From Anaerolineales bacterium UBA6092 (GTDB lineage Bacteria; Chloroflexota; Anaerolineae; Anaerolineales; UBA4823): a stretch of 64,000 nucleotides of DNA. The DNA lies in contig DIXA01000036.1 of the NCBI GenBank assembly GCA_002428565.1, positions 5,321 to 69,320 on the forward strand, in the 5' to 3' direction. Positions within the stretch are counted from its first letter, which is position 1; each line of letters begins with the position of its first letter. The notes beneath the pieces were generated by a model. That model was given only the letters and a program-made list of their open reading frames with translations. It searched no databases and was not told the origin of the DNA. The translations under genes were made by a program, and so were the position numbers. Of the stretch, positions 18,121 to 27,858 are shown one piece after another.

Positions 18121-20772
18121 TCATAATAACTTCAATTCCCTGGCCCGGGCAATGGCTGCGTAGCGGTTGTGAGCATTGAGTTTGCGGTACAGGTTCTTGA
18201 TATGGGTGCGCACCGTGTTGGTCGAGATCACCAGCTTTTCAGCGATTTTCGGCGCATCCAGGTCGGTGGCTAGCAGGCGCAAAACTTCCAGCTCGCGCTC
18301 GCTGAAAGGTTCGAGCAGTGCTTCAGGCACAAGTTGTTCCACAGGTTTGGAGCGTTGGGCAAAAGCAGCCAGCAAGCGGCGGGTAAAGTTTGGGCAGATA
18401 GACTGGCGATCTGCCAGAAAGAGCAGCTTTTCCATCGCCTGGCCTTCGCGCAGGAAGGTCATCATCCGGTTGTCAGGCTCGGCCAGGGCCAGCGCCTGGG
18501 CCAAAGCCTCCAGCGCCGCAGACTCATCTCCGAGAGCCTGTAAAGCCAGCGCGCGCAACACATGCGGACGCATCATGAGCCTGGCGGCCGGCTCGTTCAT
18601 GCCGGCCAGCGACCGATCCACCACATCCAGAGCAGCCGCGGGCTGCCCGGTTTTGAACAGCAGGCGCGCTTTCATGGTGAAGGGATATTCCGTTTGTGCA
18701 TCATCATACACGCGCAGGTATTCCTGCACAGCAACCTCATCCACCGGTTCACGATCCAAAAGCCCGTCCACGATCAGGCTGACCACCATCTGCTCCACCC
18801 AGAGTGAGATTTTCGCGGCCAGCTCCAGAGCGCGCTGGTAGACCTGCATGGCTTGAGCCAGATCGCCGCTGAACATCAGCGTATGTCCCAGGTATTCACG
18901 GCACATCACCTCGGCGCCGATATGCCCCGAACGTTCACTCAGCGCCAGGCCTTTGAAGCCAAACTGACTGGACTTCTCCGCCTCGTTCCATTCGATGTAA
19001 ATGCGCGCCAGGATGGCGTAGTTCATGGAGGTAGCCGCAATTTCTTGATGTGTGCGCTGGTGGTAATCAGCTGCAATATCCAGGGCTTGCTGGCAAACCC
19101 GATGTGCCTCGTGCAGGTGGCCTGCGCCCATGTGTCCCATTGCCAGCGCCGCCGCGGCCATGACCACTGCATGAGGCTTTTCCGCCTGCAGCGCCAGTTC
19201 CAGGGCGCGTTGCAAAATCGGCATAGCGTCAGGGTTATATCCATCTTTTGAGAGAATATCGCCCCACTGGGCCATATTGGTTGCCCGCAGTTCCACTTCT
19301 GCGGGCGGCAGCCATATTTCTGCCTGCTGTGCGTGGTAGACAGTGTTCGCCACATCGCCCTGAGAGCCATAAATATCAGCCCAGGCGGATTCAAGATGGC
19401 CGCGCAGGCGTGCTTTCTCGGCGCTTTCGGGCATATTCTCGATGTGTGCGGCAACGGTTTCGAGGATTTGGTGTGATTTCTGGAACTGGCTATTTTCCAG
19501 CAAAAAGGCGCGAGCGATCCCCAGCCAGGGTTTATCGCTGACCATCGAAACGGGGATGGTTTCCAATTTTCGGAAAGCCGCCCCTACTTCATCCTGATTG
19601 AAAAGCAGGAAGACGTTGCCAGCAAACAGGTGTTCCGCCATTTGGATATCGCCCGCTTCCAGTGCATAGTGCAGCGCATCCAACCGCCGCCCTTGACTGC
19701 TGTGCCAGACAGCAGCGCGACGTTGAAGTTCAGTGGTTAACCCGGGGTGGGCCTGCCCCAATTTGATGCGCAGCAAATCCGAAAACAGGTGATGATAGCG
19801 ATACCACTTGCGCTCCTGGTCAAGTGGCAGCAAGAACAGGTTGGATTGTTCCAACTGCAGCAGGGTGGCCTGACTGTTACTGCGATCGGTCACTGCATCA
19901 CACAAGGCTGCGTTCATCTGGTCAAGCACCGAGGTCTTGAGCAGGAAATCCTGCACATCTGGGGGCTGTTTTTCCAGCACTTCTTCAATCAGGTAATCAG
20001 CGATAAAGCGATGACTGCCTGCCAGGCTGGCAATGATTTCTTGCGGGTTGGCCTGACCTTGCAGGGAGAGCGCTGCCAGGTGCAACCCGGCAATCCAGCC
20101 TTCAGTGCGCGTTTCGAGCGCGGCGACCTCCGCCTCCGTCAGCCTCAGCCCCATGCTGGTATTCAAGAATTCGGCGGCTTCCTGGGGGGTGAAGCGCAGA
20201 TCGGCAACTCGGATTTCGCTCATCTCGCGGCGGGCGCGCAGGCGTCCGAGCGGCCAGGGCGGGTCGGTGCGACTGACCAGGGCGAGGTGCAAATAAGCGG
20301 GTTGGTGATTGAGCAAGAATTGCGGCACAGCCTGGATGACAGACCGGGTAATCACGTGGTAGTCATCCAAAGCCAGCAGAAATGGCATGGGAATGGTAGA
20401 GATTTCAGCCGCCAGCATTTCGAGAAAATGGACCGGAACCGGGTCAAAATCCTGTGGATTGGCAGTGCTCAGGGTCTCGAGCAGGTCTGAGCCAAATCCT
20501 GGCTGAACTGTCTGAATGGCGCGCAGCAGATAGGTGAGAAAACGCAGTGGGTCGTTATCCAGTTCGTCGAGCGCCAGCCAGGCGACAGGTCGTCCGCTCT
20601 GGCGCAGCCATTCGCTGGCAATAGTTGTTTTGCCAAAGCCGGCGGGGGCAGAGATGAGGGTCAGTTTCCCATCCAGGCCAGCGTTCAACTGCTGGATCAG
20701 GCGCGGGCGCAGTACCAATCCTGGCTGTAAGGGTGGAATCTGAGTTTTGGCAACGAGATAAGAAGTGTTCAA
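18121..20772 (-). CDS. MalT-like LuxR-family regulator (STAND ATPase + TPR + HTH)
   Basis: Walker A SAPAGFGKTT, Walker B-like LALDDYH, a long helical repeat region, and a C-terminal LuxR HTH (SERELEVLRLL...ISTNTVRTHIKNLYRKL). Confidence 0.85.
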   Translation of the reverse strand: MNTSYLVAKTQIPPLQPGLVLRPRLIQQLNAGLDGKLTLISAPAGFGKTTIASEWLRQSGRPVAWLALDELDNDPLRFLTYLLRAIQTVQPGFGSDLLETLSTANPQDFDPVPVHFLEMLAAEISTIPMPFLLALDDYHVITRSVIQAVPQFLLNHQPAYLHLALVSRTDPPWPLGRLRARREMSEIRVADLRFTPQEAAEFLNTSMGLRLTEAEVAALETRTEGWIAGLHLAALSLQGQANPQEIIASLAGSHRFIADYLIEEVLEKQPPDVQDFLLKTSVLDQMNAALCDAVTDRSNSQATLLQLEQSNLFLLPLDQERKWYRYHHLFSDLLRIKLGQAHPGLTTELQRRAAVWHSSQGRRLDALHYALEAGDIQMAEHLFAGNVFLLFNQDEVGAAFRKLETIPVSMVSDKPWLGIARAFLLENSQFQKSHQILETVAAHIENMPESAEKARLRGHLESAWADIYGSQGDVANTVYHAQQAEIWLPPAEVELRATNMAQWGDILSKDGYNPDAMPILQRALELALQAEKPHAVVMAAAALAMGHMGAGHLHEAHRVCQQALDIAADYHQRTHQEIAATSMNYAILARIYIEWNEAEKSSQFGFKGLALSERSGHIGAEVMCREYLGHTLMFSGDLAQAMQVYQRALELAAKISLWVEQMVVSLIVDGLLDREPVDEVAVQEYLRVYDDAQTEYPFTMKARLLFKTGQPAAALDVVDRSLAGMNEPAARLMMRPHVLRALALQALGDESAALEALAQALALAEPDNRMMTFLREGQAMEKLLFLADRQSICPNFTRRLLAAFAQRSKPVEQLVPEALLEPFSERELEVLRLLATDLDAPKIAEKLVISTNTVRTHIKNLYRKLNAHNRYAAIARARELKLL

Positions 20773-21056
20773 ATGGTATCACCTGGCGCGAGCAGCCACT
20801 CAACACGGTTGCCCGACGGTGAGATTCTACCGCAAGGATAAACCAAATGCCAACCAAAGTGATGGGTAATGGCGCAGCTTGCCAGATACGCATTGTAGGA
20901 GAGAGCTGCCGCCTTGAGAAATACCAGACTACCTGTACGCTATGCTTGTGAAGTGCCGATATAGTGTTTGCGGGGATCGTTGACAGCGGCCTGGAAGCCA
21001 ACACTACTCCCTCGCCCCCTCCACCGACCCACTGGCCCCCCTTAAACCCCCTCCAA

Positions 21057-21088
21057 GCGCAAGAGCCTGCCGTCTGGCAGGCTCTTGC
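21057..21088. other. perfect 14-bp-stem hairpin at the left edge of repeat L1
   Basis: CGCAAGAGCCTGCC-GTCT-GGCAGGCTCTTGCG. No U-tract follows. Confidence 0.5.
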
Positions 21089-21107
21089 GTGAATGCATTA
21101 TGCCCTT

Positions 21108-21377
21108 ACACCGCCGCTCCCGCCAGAGCGGGACGAAACTTATTCCCGTACACAATCACGCCGCGCGCGTCGCTTTCTGATCGATCCCGCTGCTCAATTC
21201 TCACCCCTCGCATCGCCGTCTTTATCCTGCAACCGCCACACGGATCCCGTACATATTCCCACCTGTGGGGGTTGGTTGTAGAGTCAGGCGTGCGTGGTCC
21301 ATATATTATATTCCCTTGGGAGTATATCGCCAAAGCAATGTTCGAAAAAGATTGGGCCGCGGCGCTGTGCGTGGGGG
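21108..21377 (+). repeat. long copy (L1) of the junction repeat family
   Basis: Aligns over about 270 nt with 36704-36971, with many base substitutions and no obvious indels. The right 45 nt (21331-21376) form the box shared with S1, S2 and L3. Confidence 0.8.
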
Positions 21378-21396
21378 TAGTGTACTGTAATCCATA

Positions 21397-21478
21397 GGTG
21401 CTCTATAATCTGATTTGTGTATCCGATAAGCTTGTATTTCTCACCCCCGCCCTCACCGAGAACCTCACATTGTGTGTA
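21397..21478 (+). repeat. conserved junction linker, copy 1
   Basis: GGTGCTCTATAATCTGATTTGTGTATCC...CTCACCGAGAACCTCACATTGTGTGTATC matches 49119-49200. It is absent upstream of the equivalent point in intact comM. Confidence 0.7.
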
Positions 21479-21919
21479 TCCCTGTCCTTGCGGTTATTTC
21501 AATGACGCCGTCAAGCCCTGCACCTGCTCCTCCAGCACCGTCACCAAGTACCAGAAGCGCATCTCTGGGCCGCTGCTCGACCGCATCGACATCCACATCG
21601 AGGTGCCGCGGGTGGAGCCGTCGGGGCGAAGCATTCGCCGCATGACGCCGCGACAGACAGAACCTCTCTGGCGAATGCTTCGCCCGTACAGTGTAATGCC
21701 GACATGCGCCCGGCGGAGGTGCGCCAATTCTGCGACCTGGATGACACCAGCCGCAGCCTGATGAAGACGGCGATGAACCAGTTGCAGCTCAGTGCGCGGG
21801 CGTATCACCGGATATTGAAATTGGCGCGCACGATCGCAGATTTAGCGGGGAGTGAAACGATTGGCCCCAGCCATTTGGCGGAGGCGCTGCAGTATCGTCC
21901 GCGGGGGATGATGGGGTGA
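21479..21919 (+). pseudogene. comM: comM 3'-end remnant (copy 2)
   Basis: Homology to comM begins at the equivalent of about position 9509 (CCCTGTCCTTGCGGTTATTTCAATGA). A deletion of about 95 nt after PRVE shifts the frame. The last approximately 180 nt, including the stop, are identical to intact comM. Confidence 0.85.
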
Positions 21920-22010
21920 CCCATGTGTGCCGCAAAATCGATGGGACGGCGCACGCCGACAAAACCTGGTTGATCACGATGCACTTGTGCGGGTAAGGAT
22001 TCTGGTTGCC

Positions 22011-22058
22011 CCAGTATTTGATCAAAGCAATGTTCGAAAAAGATTGGGCCGTGGCGGT
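22011..22058 (+). repeat. short copy (S2) of the junction repeat family
   Basis: CAGTATTTGATCAAAGCAATGTTCGAAAAAGATTGGGCCGTGGCGGTGT lies downstream of comM remnant 2. Confidence 0.7.
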
Positions 22059-22070
22059 GTAAAGCGATCT

Positions 22071-22487
22071 TCAACCCTTCAACCATTCCTTGACGACATT
22101 CTCAATTTGATCGCGCACCTGGCGAAACCTGGCCAACTTTTCTTCTGGGGTACCCTGAAAAGCAGCAGGATCTTCAAAGGCCCAGTGCAGGCGCGTGCCC
22201 ATGCCCGGAAAGGTGGGGCATTTTTCTTCCGCGCGGCTGCAGACGGTGATCAGGTAGCCGAAATGCACCTTGCCAAGGTACTGAGTCAGTCCCTTGGCAA
22301 AATGCCCGCTCATATCTACACCGGCTTCTTCCATCACCTGAACCGTTAGCGGGTGGATCACGGATGGTTCCAGACCGGCGCTGAAAGCCTCGAAGCGCTC
22401 GCCGCCGTACTGGCGCAAGAAGGCTTCAGCCATCTGGTTGCGGGCAGAATTGCCAGTGCATAAGAAGAGCACTTTGGGCTTGTTCAT
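22071..22487 (-). CDS. arsC: arsenate reductase, thioredoxin-coupled LMW-PTPase family
   Basis: CX5R P-loop (LFLCTGNSARNQ) plus the downstream Cys pair (VCSRAEEKCP). Confidence 0.8.
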   Translation of the reverse strand: MNKPKVLFLCTGNSARNQMAEAFLRQYGGERFEAFSAGLEPSVIHPLTVQVMEEAGVDMSGHFAKGLTQYLGKVHFGYLITVCSRAEEKCPTFPGMGTRLHWAFEDPAAFQGTPEEKLARFRQVRDQIENVVKEWLKG

Positions 22488-22489
22488 GG

Positions 22490-23326
22490 CTACATTGCCT
22501 GGATTTCTAAAGCCGGTATTTCAGCACCAACGGAGGCTGCAAAGCCCATCAGATTATCTCTGTCCCACTCCCACGAGTTCAGATCTGGGATGGCATGATA
22601 GGCGGTGAGATCAAGTTGGATGGGGGTAACAGAGACGCAGCCCTCGGCCAGCACACCGATATCGGTGCCGCGCTCGGGAACGCCCGTCGGCAGGTCGCCG
22701 GCCGTCCAGTAGTAGGGTTTGCCGCGCGGGTCCAGGCGTTGGTCAAGCCTGTCATGGTAAACGCGCAGCCCCTGGCGGGTAATGCGGATGCCTTTCAACT
22801 GTTCGTAGGGCAAATAGGGCACATTGACGTTCAAGAGAACGTTCGGCGCCAGGCCGTAGCGCAGCACTGATTGGGCCACCACGCGGGCGATCCTGGCTGA
22901 GGCGGTGTAATCGGCCGGACCGACCAGGTGTTCGGGTGACTCGAGCGACATGGCAATCGCCGGGAAGCCCCAGATGGCTGCCTCCATGGCGGCGGTGACT
23001 GTGCCTGAATAGGTCACGTCGTGCCCCAGGTTGGCATAGGGGTTGATCCCTGATACCACCAAATCGATCTTTTCGGGCAAGAAGCCGCACACTGCCAGCG
23101 CCACGCAGTCTGATGGGGCGCCATCGCTGGCCCAGGCGGTCACGTTCTCACTCAGCCGCACCTCTTTCACGCGCAGGGGTCGGTCCAGGGTTTTGACATG
23201 CCCAGAGGCAGACCAGTTTCGGTCGGGAGCCAGGACGCTGACCTTGCCCAGGTTGCTCATTTCTTCGGCCAGGGCCAGCAGCCCGGGGGCGTTCACGCCA
23301 TCGTCATTGGTAACGAGTATATGCAT
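22490..23326 (-). CDS. surE: 5'/3'-nucleotidase SurE
   Basis: N-terminus MHILVTNDDGVNAPGL, then SGINPYANLG and YSGTVTAAMEA. Confidence 0.9.
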   Translation of the reverse strand: MHILVTNDDGVNAPGLLALAEEMSNLGKVSVLAPDRNWSASGHVKTLDRPLRVKEVRLSENVTAWASDGAPSDCVALAVCGFLPEKIDLVVSGINPYANLGHDVTYSGTVTAAMEAAIWGFPAIAMSLESPEHLVGPADYTASARIARVVAQSVLRYGLAPNVLLNVNVPYLPYEQLKGIRITRQGLRVYHDRLDQRLDPRGKPYYWTAGDLPTGVPERGTDIGVLAEGCVSVTPIQLDLTAYHAIPDLNSWEWDRDNLMGFAASVGAEIPALEIQAM

Positions 23327-23596
23327 AGGGATCTCACTTTCTTTGTTGTATGAGTTTTCTTTTTCATCATAGAAATCGTACCACTTCTGTCTTGTTTTTG
23401 GGCTAAGGGCGCGTTAATAGATCGTAAAGGTTTTGTTAAACTACAAACCCCTACGTTGCTGCCGAAAGAGATTGTTAATGTGTTGTGTTGCCTTGGGAAC
23501 TGATCACCAGCGCCGTGGCGATGTGGAAAGAGAGATGGCCCCCCTAACCATCCCGGTTGGGCATAGGGCCACAGGGGGCGTTCTGTGAGGTTGGAT

Positions 23597-24499
23597 TTAT
23601 CCCCCTATCTCCTCAAGGAACAGGCCAATCTGTTGATCGTACTTGGCGGGATCTGTGCCGTAAGAGAGGGCATGCTCAGCGCCAGGGCAAAGGTAGAGCC
23701 GGCGCAAGCCCTGGCTTTTGGCATCGAGCAGATCTTGGGCCATGCGCGGCGGGATGTACGTATCGGCCGCGCCGTGAACGATCAGCACGGGGGCAAGGAT
23801 GTGGGCCATGCCCGCTTGCGGCGATACCTGGCTGAAGCGCATGCCTGTGCGCAGCCAGGCAAAGAAGGATGCCAGCGGCAGCAGGGGGAAGGACGGCAGG
23901 TGAAAATCTTGCTGCAGGCGGTAGGCAAGCAGATCCTGTAGATCGGAAAAGGCGCAATCCGAGACGACAAAGGCCGGACGGGCATCCATGGCAGCGAATT
24001 GCAGCACAGTGGCCGCGCCAAACGATTCGCCCATCACACCGACGCGCCCCCCCAACTCAAGCTGCGCCAGCGCCCAATCGAACATGGCCTTGAGATCGTT
24101 CTTCTCGTAGTACCCAAAGGTGGAGTTTTTGCCCCCGCTGCGCCCGTGGTTGCGGTGATCGTAGAGCAGTACATTATAGCCGCGGCGGTAGAACATGCCC
24201 ATGTATTTGACCATGCCATACAGTGTGTAGGTGATGCCATGGGCGATCACCACCGTTTTTTGCGCTTTGGGTTGGGGGAAGTACAGGCCAAATAGTGGGT
24301 AGCCGTAGGGTGAAGTGATGCGCACTTCCTGCTGAGGCATGGCGTTGAATTCATCTTCTAGCAGGTAGCCCTTCTCCACTTCGATACGGTAGGTGTCTTC
24401 AACCGTGAACTTCTTGGGCAGTACCACCTGATTGGCAAAGAACAGGCCTGCCACAGCCAGCAGCAGGACCAGGATCAGCAAGATGACCAACAGGGTCAT
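23597..24499 (-). CDS. membrane-anchored alpha/beta hydrolase
   Basis: N-terminal TM segment. HG oxyanion motif (VIAHGIT), nucleophile elbow GESFGAAT, and C-terminal His (GAEHA). Confidence 0.75.
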   Translation of the reverse strand: MTLLVILLILVLLLAVAGLFFANQVVLPKKFTVEDTYRIEVEKGYLLEDEFNAMPQQEVRITSPYGYPLFGLYFPQPKAQKTVVIAHGITYTLYGMVKYMGMFYRRGYNVLLYDHRNHGRSGGKNSTFGYYEKNDLKAMFDWALAQLELGGRVGVMGESFGAATVLQFAAMDARPAFVVSDCAFSDLQDLLAYRLQQDFHLPSFPLLPLASFFAWLRTGMRFSQVSPQAGMAHILAPVLIVHGAADTYIPPRMAQDLLDAKSQGLRRLYLCPGAEHALSYGTDPAKYDQQIGLFLEEIGG

Positions 24500-24504
24500 G
24501 CGGG

Positions 24505-25851
24505 TCAGTCCAGGGCTTTGGCTGCCAGGGCGGCTTTAACCTGTTGCAGCCGTTTACCGTGCAGGGGGTAGAAGAACAGCACGCCCAAGGCCAGCAGTGC
24601 GCCGATGGCGGGCGGAATGGACATAAAAATCCGGAAGCCAGTGTTCACCGTTTCGGGCTGGAGGCTGAGCAGCGGGTCGTAGTGATACAGGGTGGTTAGC
24701 CAGCCAAACACCACCGCCGCCAGGGCGTAGGCCAATTGAATGACAAATCCGCTCATGCCAAAGTACATGCCCTCGCGGCGCTGGCCGGTGCGCACCTCAT
24801 CCTCATCGATCACATCAGAGAGCACCACATCGCCCATCAGGATCAGCCCAGCCAGGGCAATTCCGACGAAAGCCGCACTGATACAGGCCCCCAGCACGCT
24901 GCGCACCAGCGCCAGCGGGATCACGGTGACTGCCAGCAAACCATAGGCAATCATCAGCGTGGTGCGGGCTTCGAAGCGGTTGGCGACCCACTGCCGCCAG
25001 GGCCACAGGGCCACCCCCGCGGTGACGAAAGCGATCCCCAGAATGAGCGAGGTGATGCTGGCATCCGCGTTCAGGCTGTACTTGGCGTAAAAGGCCATGC
25101 CGGTGGAGAGCGTGGCGGTGGCAAAATGGCGCATGGTCTGGGCGATCACGATGGTGACAAAGGAGCGGTTGACCAGCGTGGCGCGCAGCGCCGGCAGCAG
25201 GGGGATGGCCTCGGCCTGCACCGAACGGGCGCGCTCGAACATGCCGCGGGTGCTGAAATACAGCGCCAGGGCGGTGATGACCGCGAAGATCAGCGCCATC
25301 ATTGGCCAGCCGAGCATGTCCGCCAACATCACCGGCATGGCGGCGCCAACCAGTAATCCCACCGTCATGAAGATGTTCATGCGCACGGCAACGTCGGTGC
25401 GCTCTCGATAATCCAGGAACATCTCCGGCAGCAGGGCGTAGTAGGCGGTCTGTACGACCGTTGCCAGGCTTTCAAACAGGAAAAGGGCGATGGCAAAATA
25501 GATCAGCAGAGCCACCGGCTGGGCGCCGCCATCAAAGGGGGCCAGGAAGAGGGCCGCGAACAGCGCCGCGTAGGGCAGGGTGCCGAAGAGAATATAGGGG
25601 ATGCGCCTGCCCCAGCGTGTTTTGGTGCGGTCAGAGATGTAGCCCATCACAGGGTTATTGATGGCGTTGTAGATGGCAAAGCCGGTCATCACGGCGGCGG
25701 CCCAGGCTGGGTTCAGGCGGCGTACATCACTGTAGAAGAACAGCAGTGCAGCATTGACAGCCTGGTAGGGGATGGCGCAACCCAGGTTGCCCAGGCTGTA
25801 CAGCCAGCGTTGAAGGTTGGTGGAAGTTGTGTTGGATGCGGCGAGTTGCAT
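24505..25851 (-). CDS. MFS transporter, glycoside-pentoside-hexuronide:cation symporter-like
   Basis: About 12 TM segments. The GPH-type loop motif is SDRTKTRWGRRIPYILFG. Confidence 0.75.
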   Translation of the reverse strand: MQLAASNTTSTNLQRWLYSLGNLGCAIPYQAVNAALLFFYSDVRRLNPAWAAAVMTGFAIYNAINNPVMGYISDRTKTRWGRRIPYILFGTLPYAALFAALFLAPFDGGAQPVALLIYFAIALFLFESLATVVQTAYYALLPEMFLDYRERTDVAVRMNIFMTVGLLVGAAMPVMLADMLGWPMMALIFAVITALALYFSTRGMFERARSVQAEAIPLLPALRATLVNRSFVTIVIAQTMRHFATATLSTGMAFYAKYSLNADASITSLILGIAFVTAGVALWPWRQWVANRFEARTTLMIAYGLLAVTVIPLALVRSVLGACISAAFVGIALAGLILMGDVVLSDVIDEDEVRTGQRREGMYFGMSGFVIQLAYALAAVVFGWLTTLYHYDPLLSLQPETVNTGFRIFMSIPPAIGALLALGVLFFYPLHGKRLQQVKAALAAKALD

Positions 25852-25872
25852 GACGATGGTATCTCCTCAATA

Positions 25873-26849
<977 letters not shown>

Positions 26850-26850
<1 letters not shown>

Positions 26851-27836
26851 CAGCGCTCTCTCCTGGTATGCGGATTGACCCAACAGGCTGCCCGGTGATC
26901 TTCTTCCACCGTGAGCAGGGCAGGAACTTCGCGGTGGCAGCGCTCTACCACGAAGCGGCAGCGCGGGGCGAAGGGACAGCCGCTGGGTTTTTTATGGAGG
27001 ATGGGCGGCAGGCCATCGATGGATTCCAGGCGGCGGTGTTCGCTCTCGTCCAGCCGGGGCAGGCTGTTCAGTAATCCCATGGTGTAAGGGTGAGATGGAT
27101 TGGCGTACAATTTCTTAATGGGGGCTTCCTCGATCACATAGCCTGCATACATCACCACAATGCGGTGCGCCAGCCCGGCGATCAGGCTGAGATCGTGTGT
27201 GATCCAAATAATGGACATGCCCAACTGCTGGCGCAGTTCTTTCACCAGCCTCACAATCTGCGCCTGAATGGTCACATCCAGGGCGGTGGTTGGCTCATCG
27301 GCAATCAAGAGCTTGGGAGAGCACACCAGCGCCATGGCGATCATGGCCCGCTGGCGCATGCCGCCCGAAAACTGGTGCGGGTAATCGCGCATGCGCTCTT
27401 TGGGGTTGGGGATGCCCACCAGGCTGAGCAGCTCCTCGGCACGCGCATTGGCCTGCTGGCGCGTCAGCCCCTGGTGCACTTCCAGCGGCTCGGTTAGCTG
27501 CCGCCCAATGCTCAGCACCGGGTTGAAAGCCGTCATGGGCTCCTGGTACACCATGCCAATCTCTGCGCCGCGCACCTTGCTCAGCTCCTGGTCGGATAGT
27601 TTGAGCAGGTCGCGCCCGCCGAACATGGCCGTGCCCGCGGTGATCTGCCCAGGGGGGATGGGGATCAGGCGGGTGATGGACATGACACTGACGCTTTTGC
27701 CGCAGCCGCTCTCCCCCACGATCCCCAGGGTTTCGCCTTCTGAAACCCGGAATGAAACGCCGTTCACCGCGTGATTCCAGCCGCCTTTCACTTTGAAGCG
27801 GGTTTCCAGGTTTTGCACGTTCAAGATATCATCCAT
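26850..27836 (-). CDS. peptide ABC transporter ATP-binding protein (DppD/OppD type)
   Basis: Walker A GESGCGKS, signature FSGGMRQR, Walker [13 protein letters not shown], and a C-terminal oligopeptide-type extension. Confidence 0.85.
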
Positions 27837-27858
27837 AATGCCCGTTCCTCATGGTTGC

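Noticed and set aside
18121-20772. STAND NTPases (this one and 37039-40131) as antiviral Avs-like defence proteins
   Set aside because: Both carry DNA-binding output domains (C-terminal LuxR HTH; N-terminal wHTH-BTAD) in place of nuclease, protease or other effector domains. This is the classic MalT and AfsR regulator architecture.
21380-21480. TATAAT in the junction linker (GCTCTATAATCT) as a promoter driving the comM remnants
   Set aside because: No convincing -35 element lies at proper spacing in either copy, and the downstream remnants are frame-broken. It is kept only as part of the conserved linker description.
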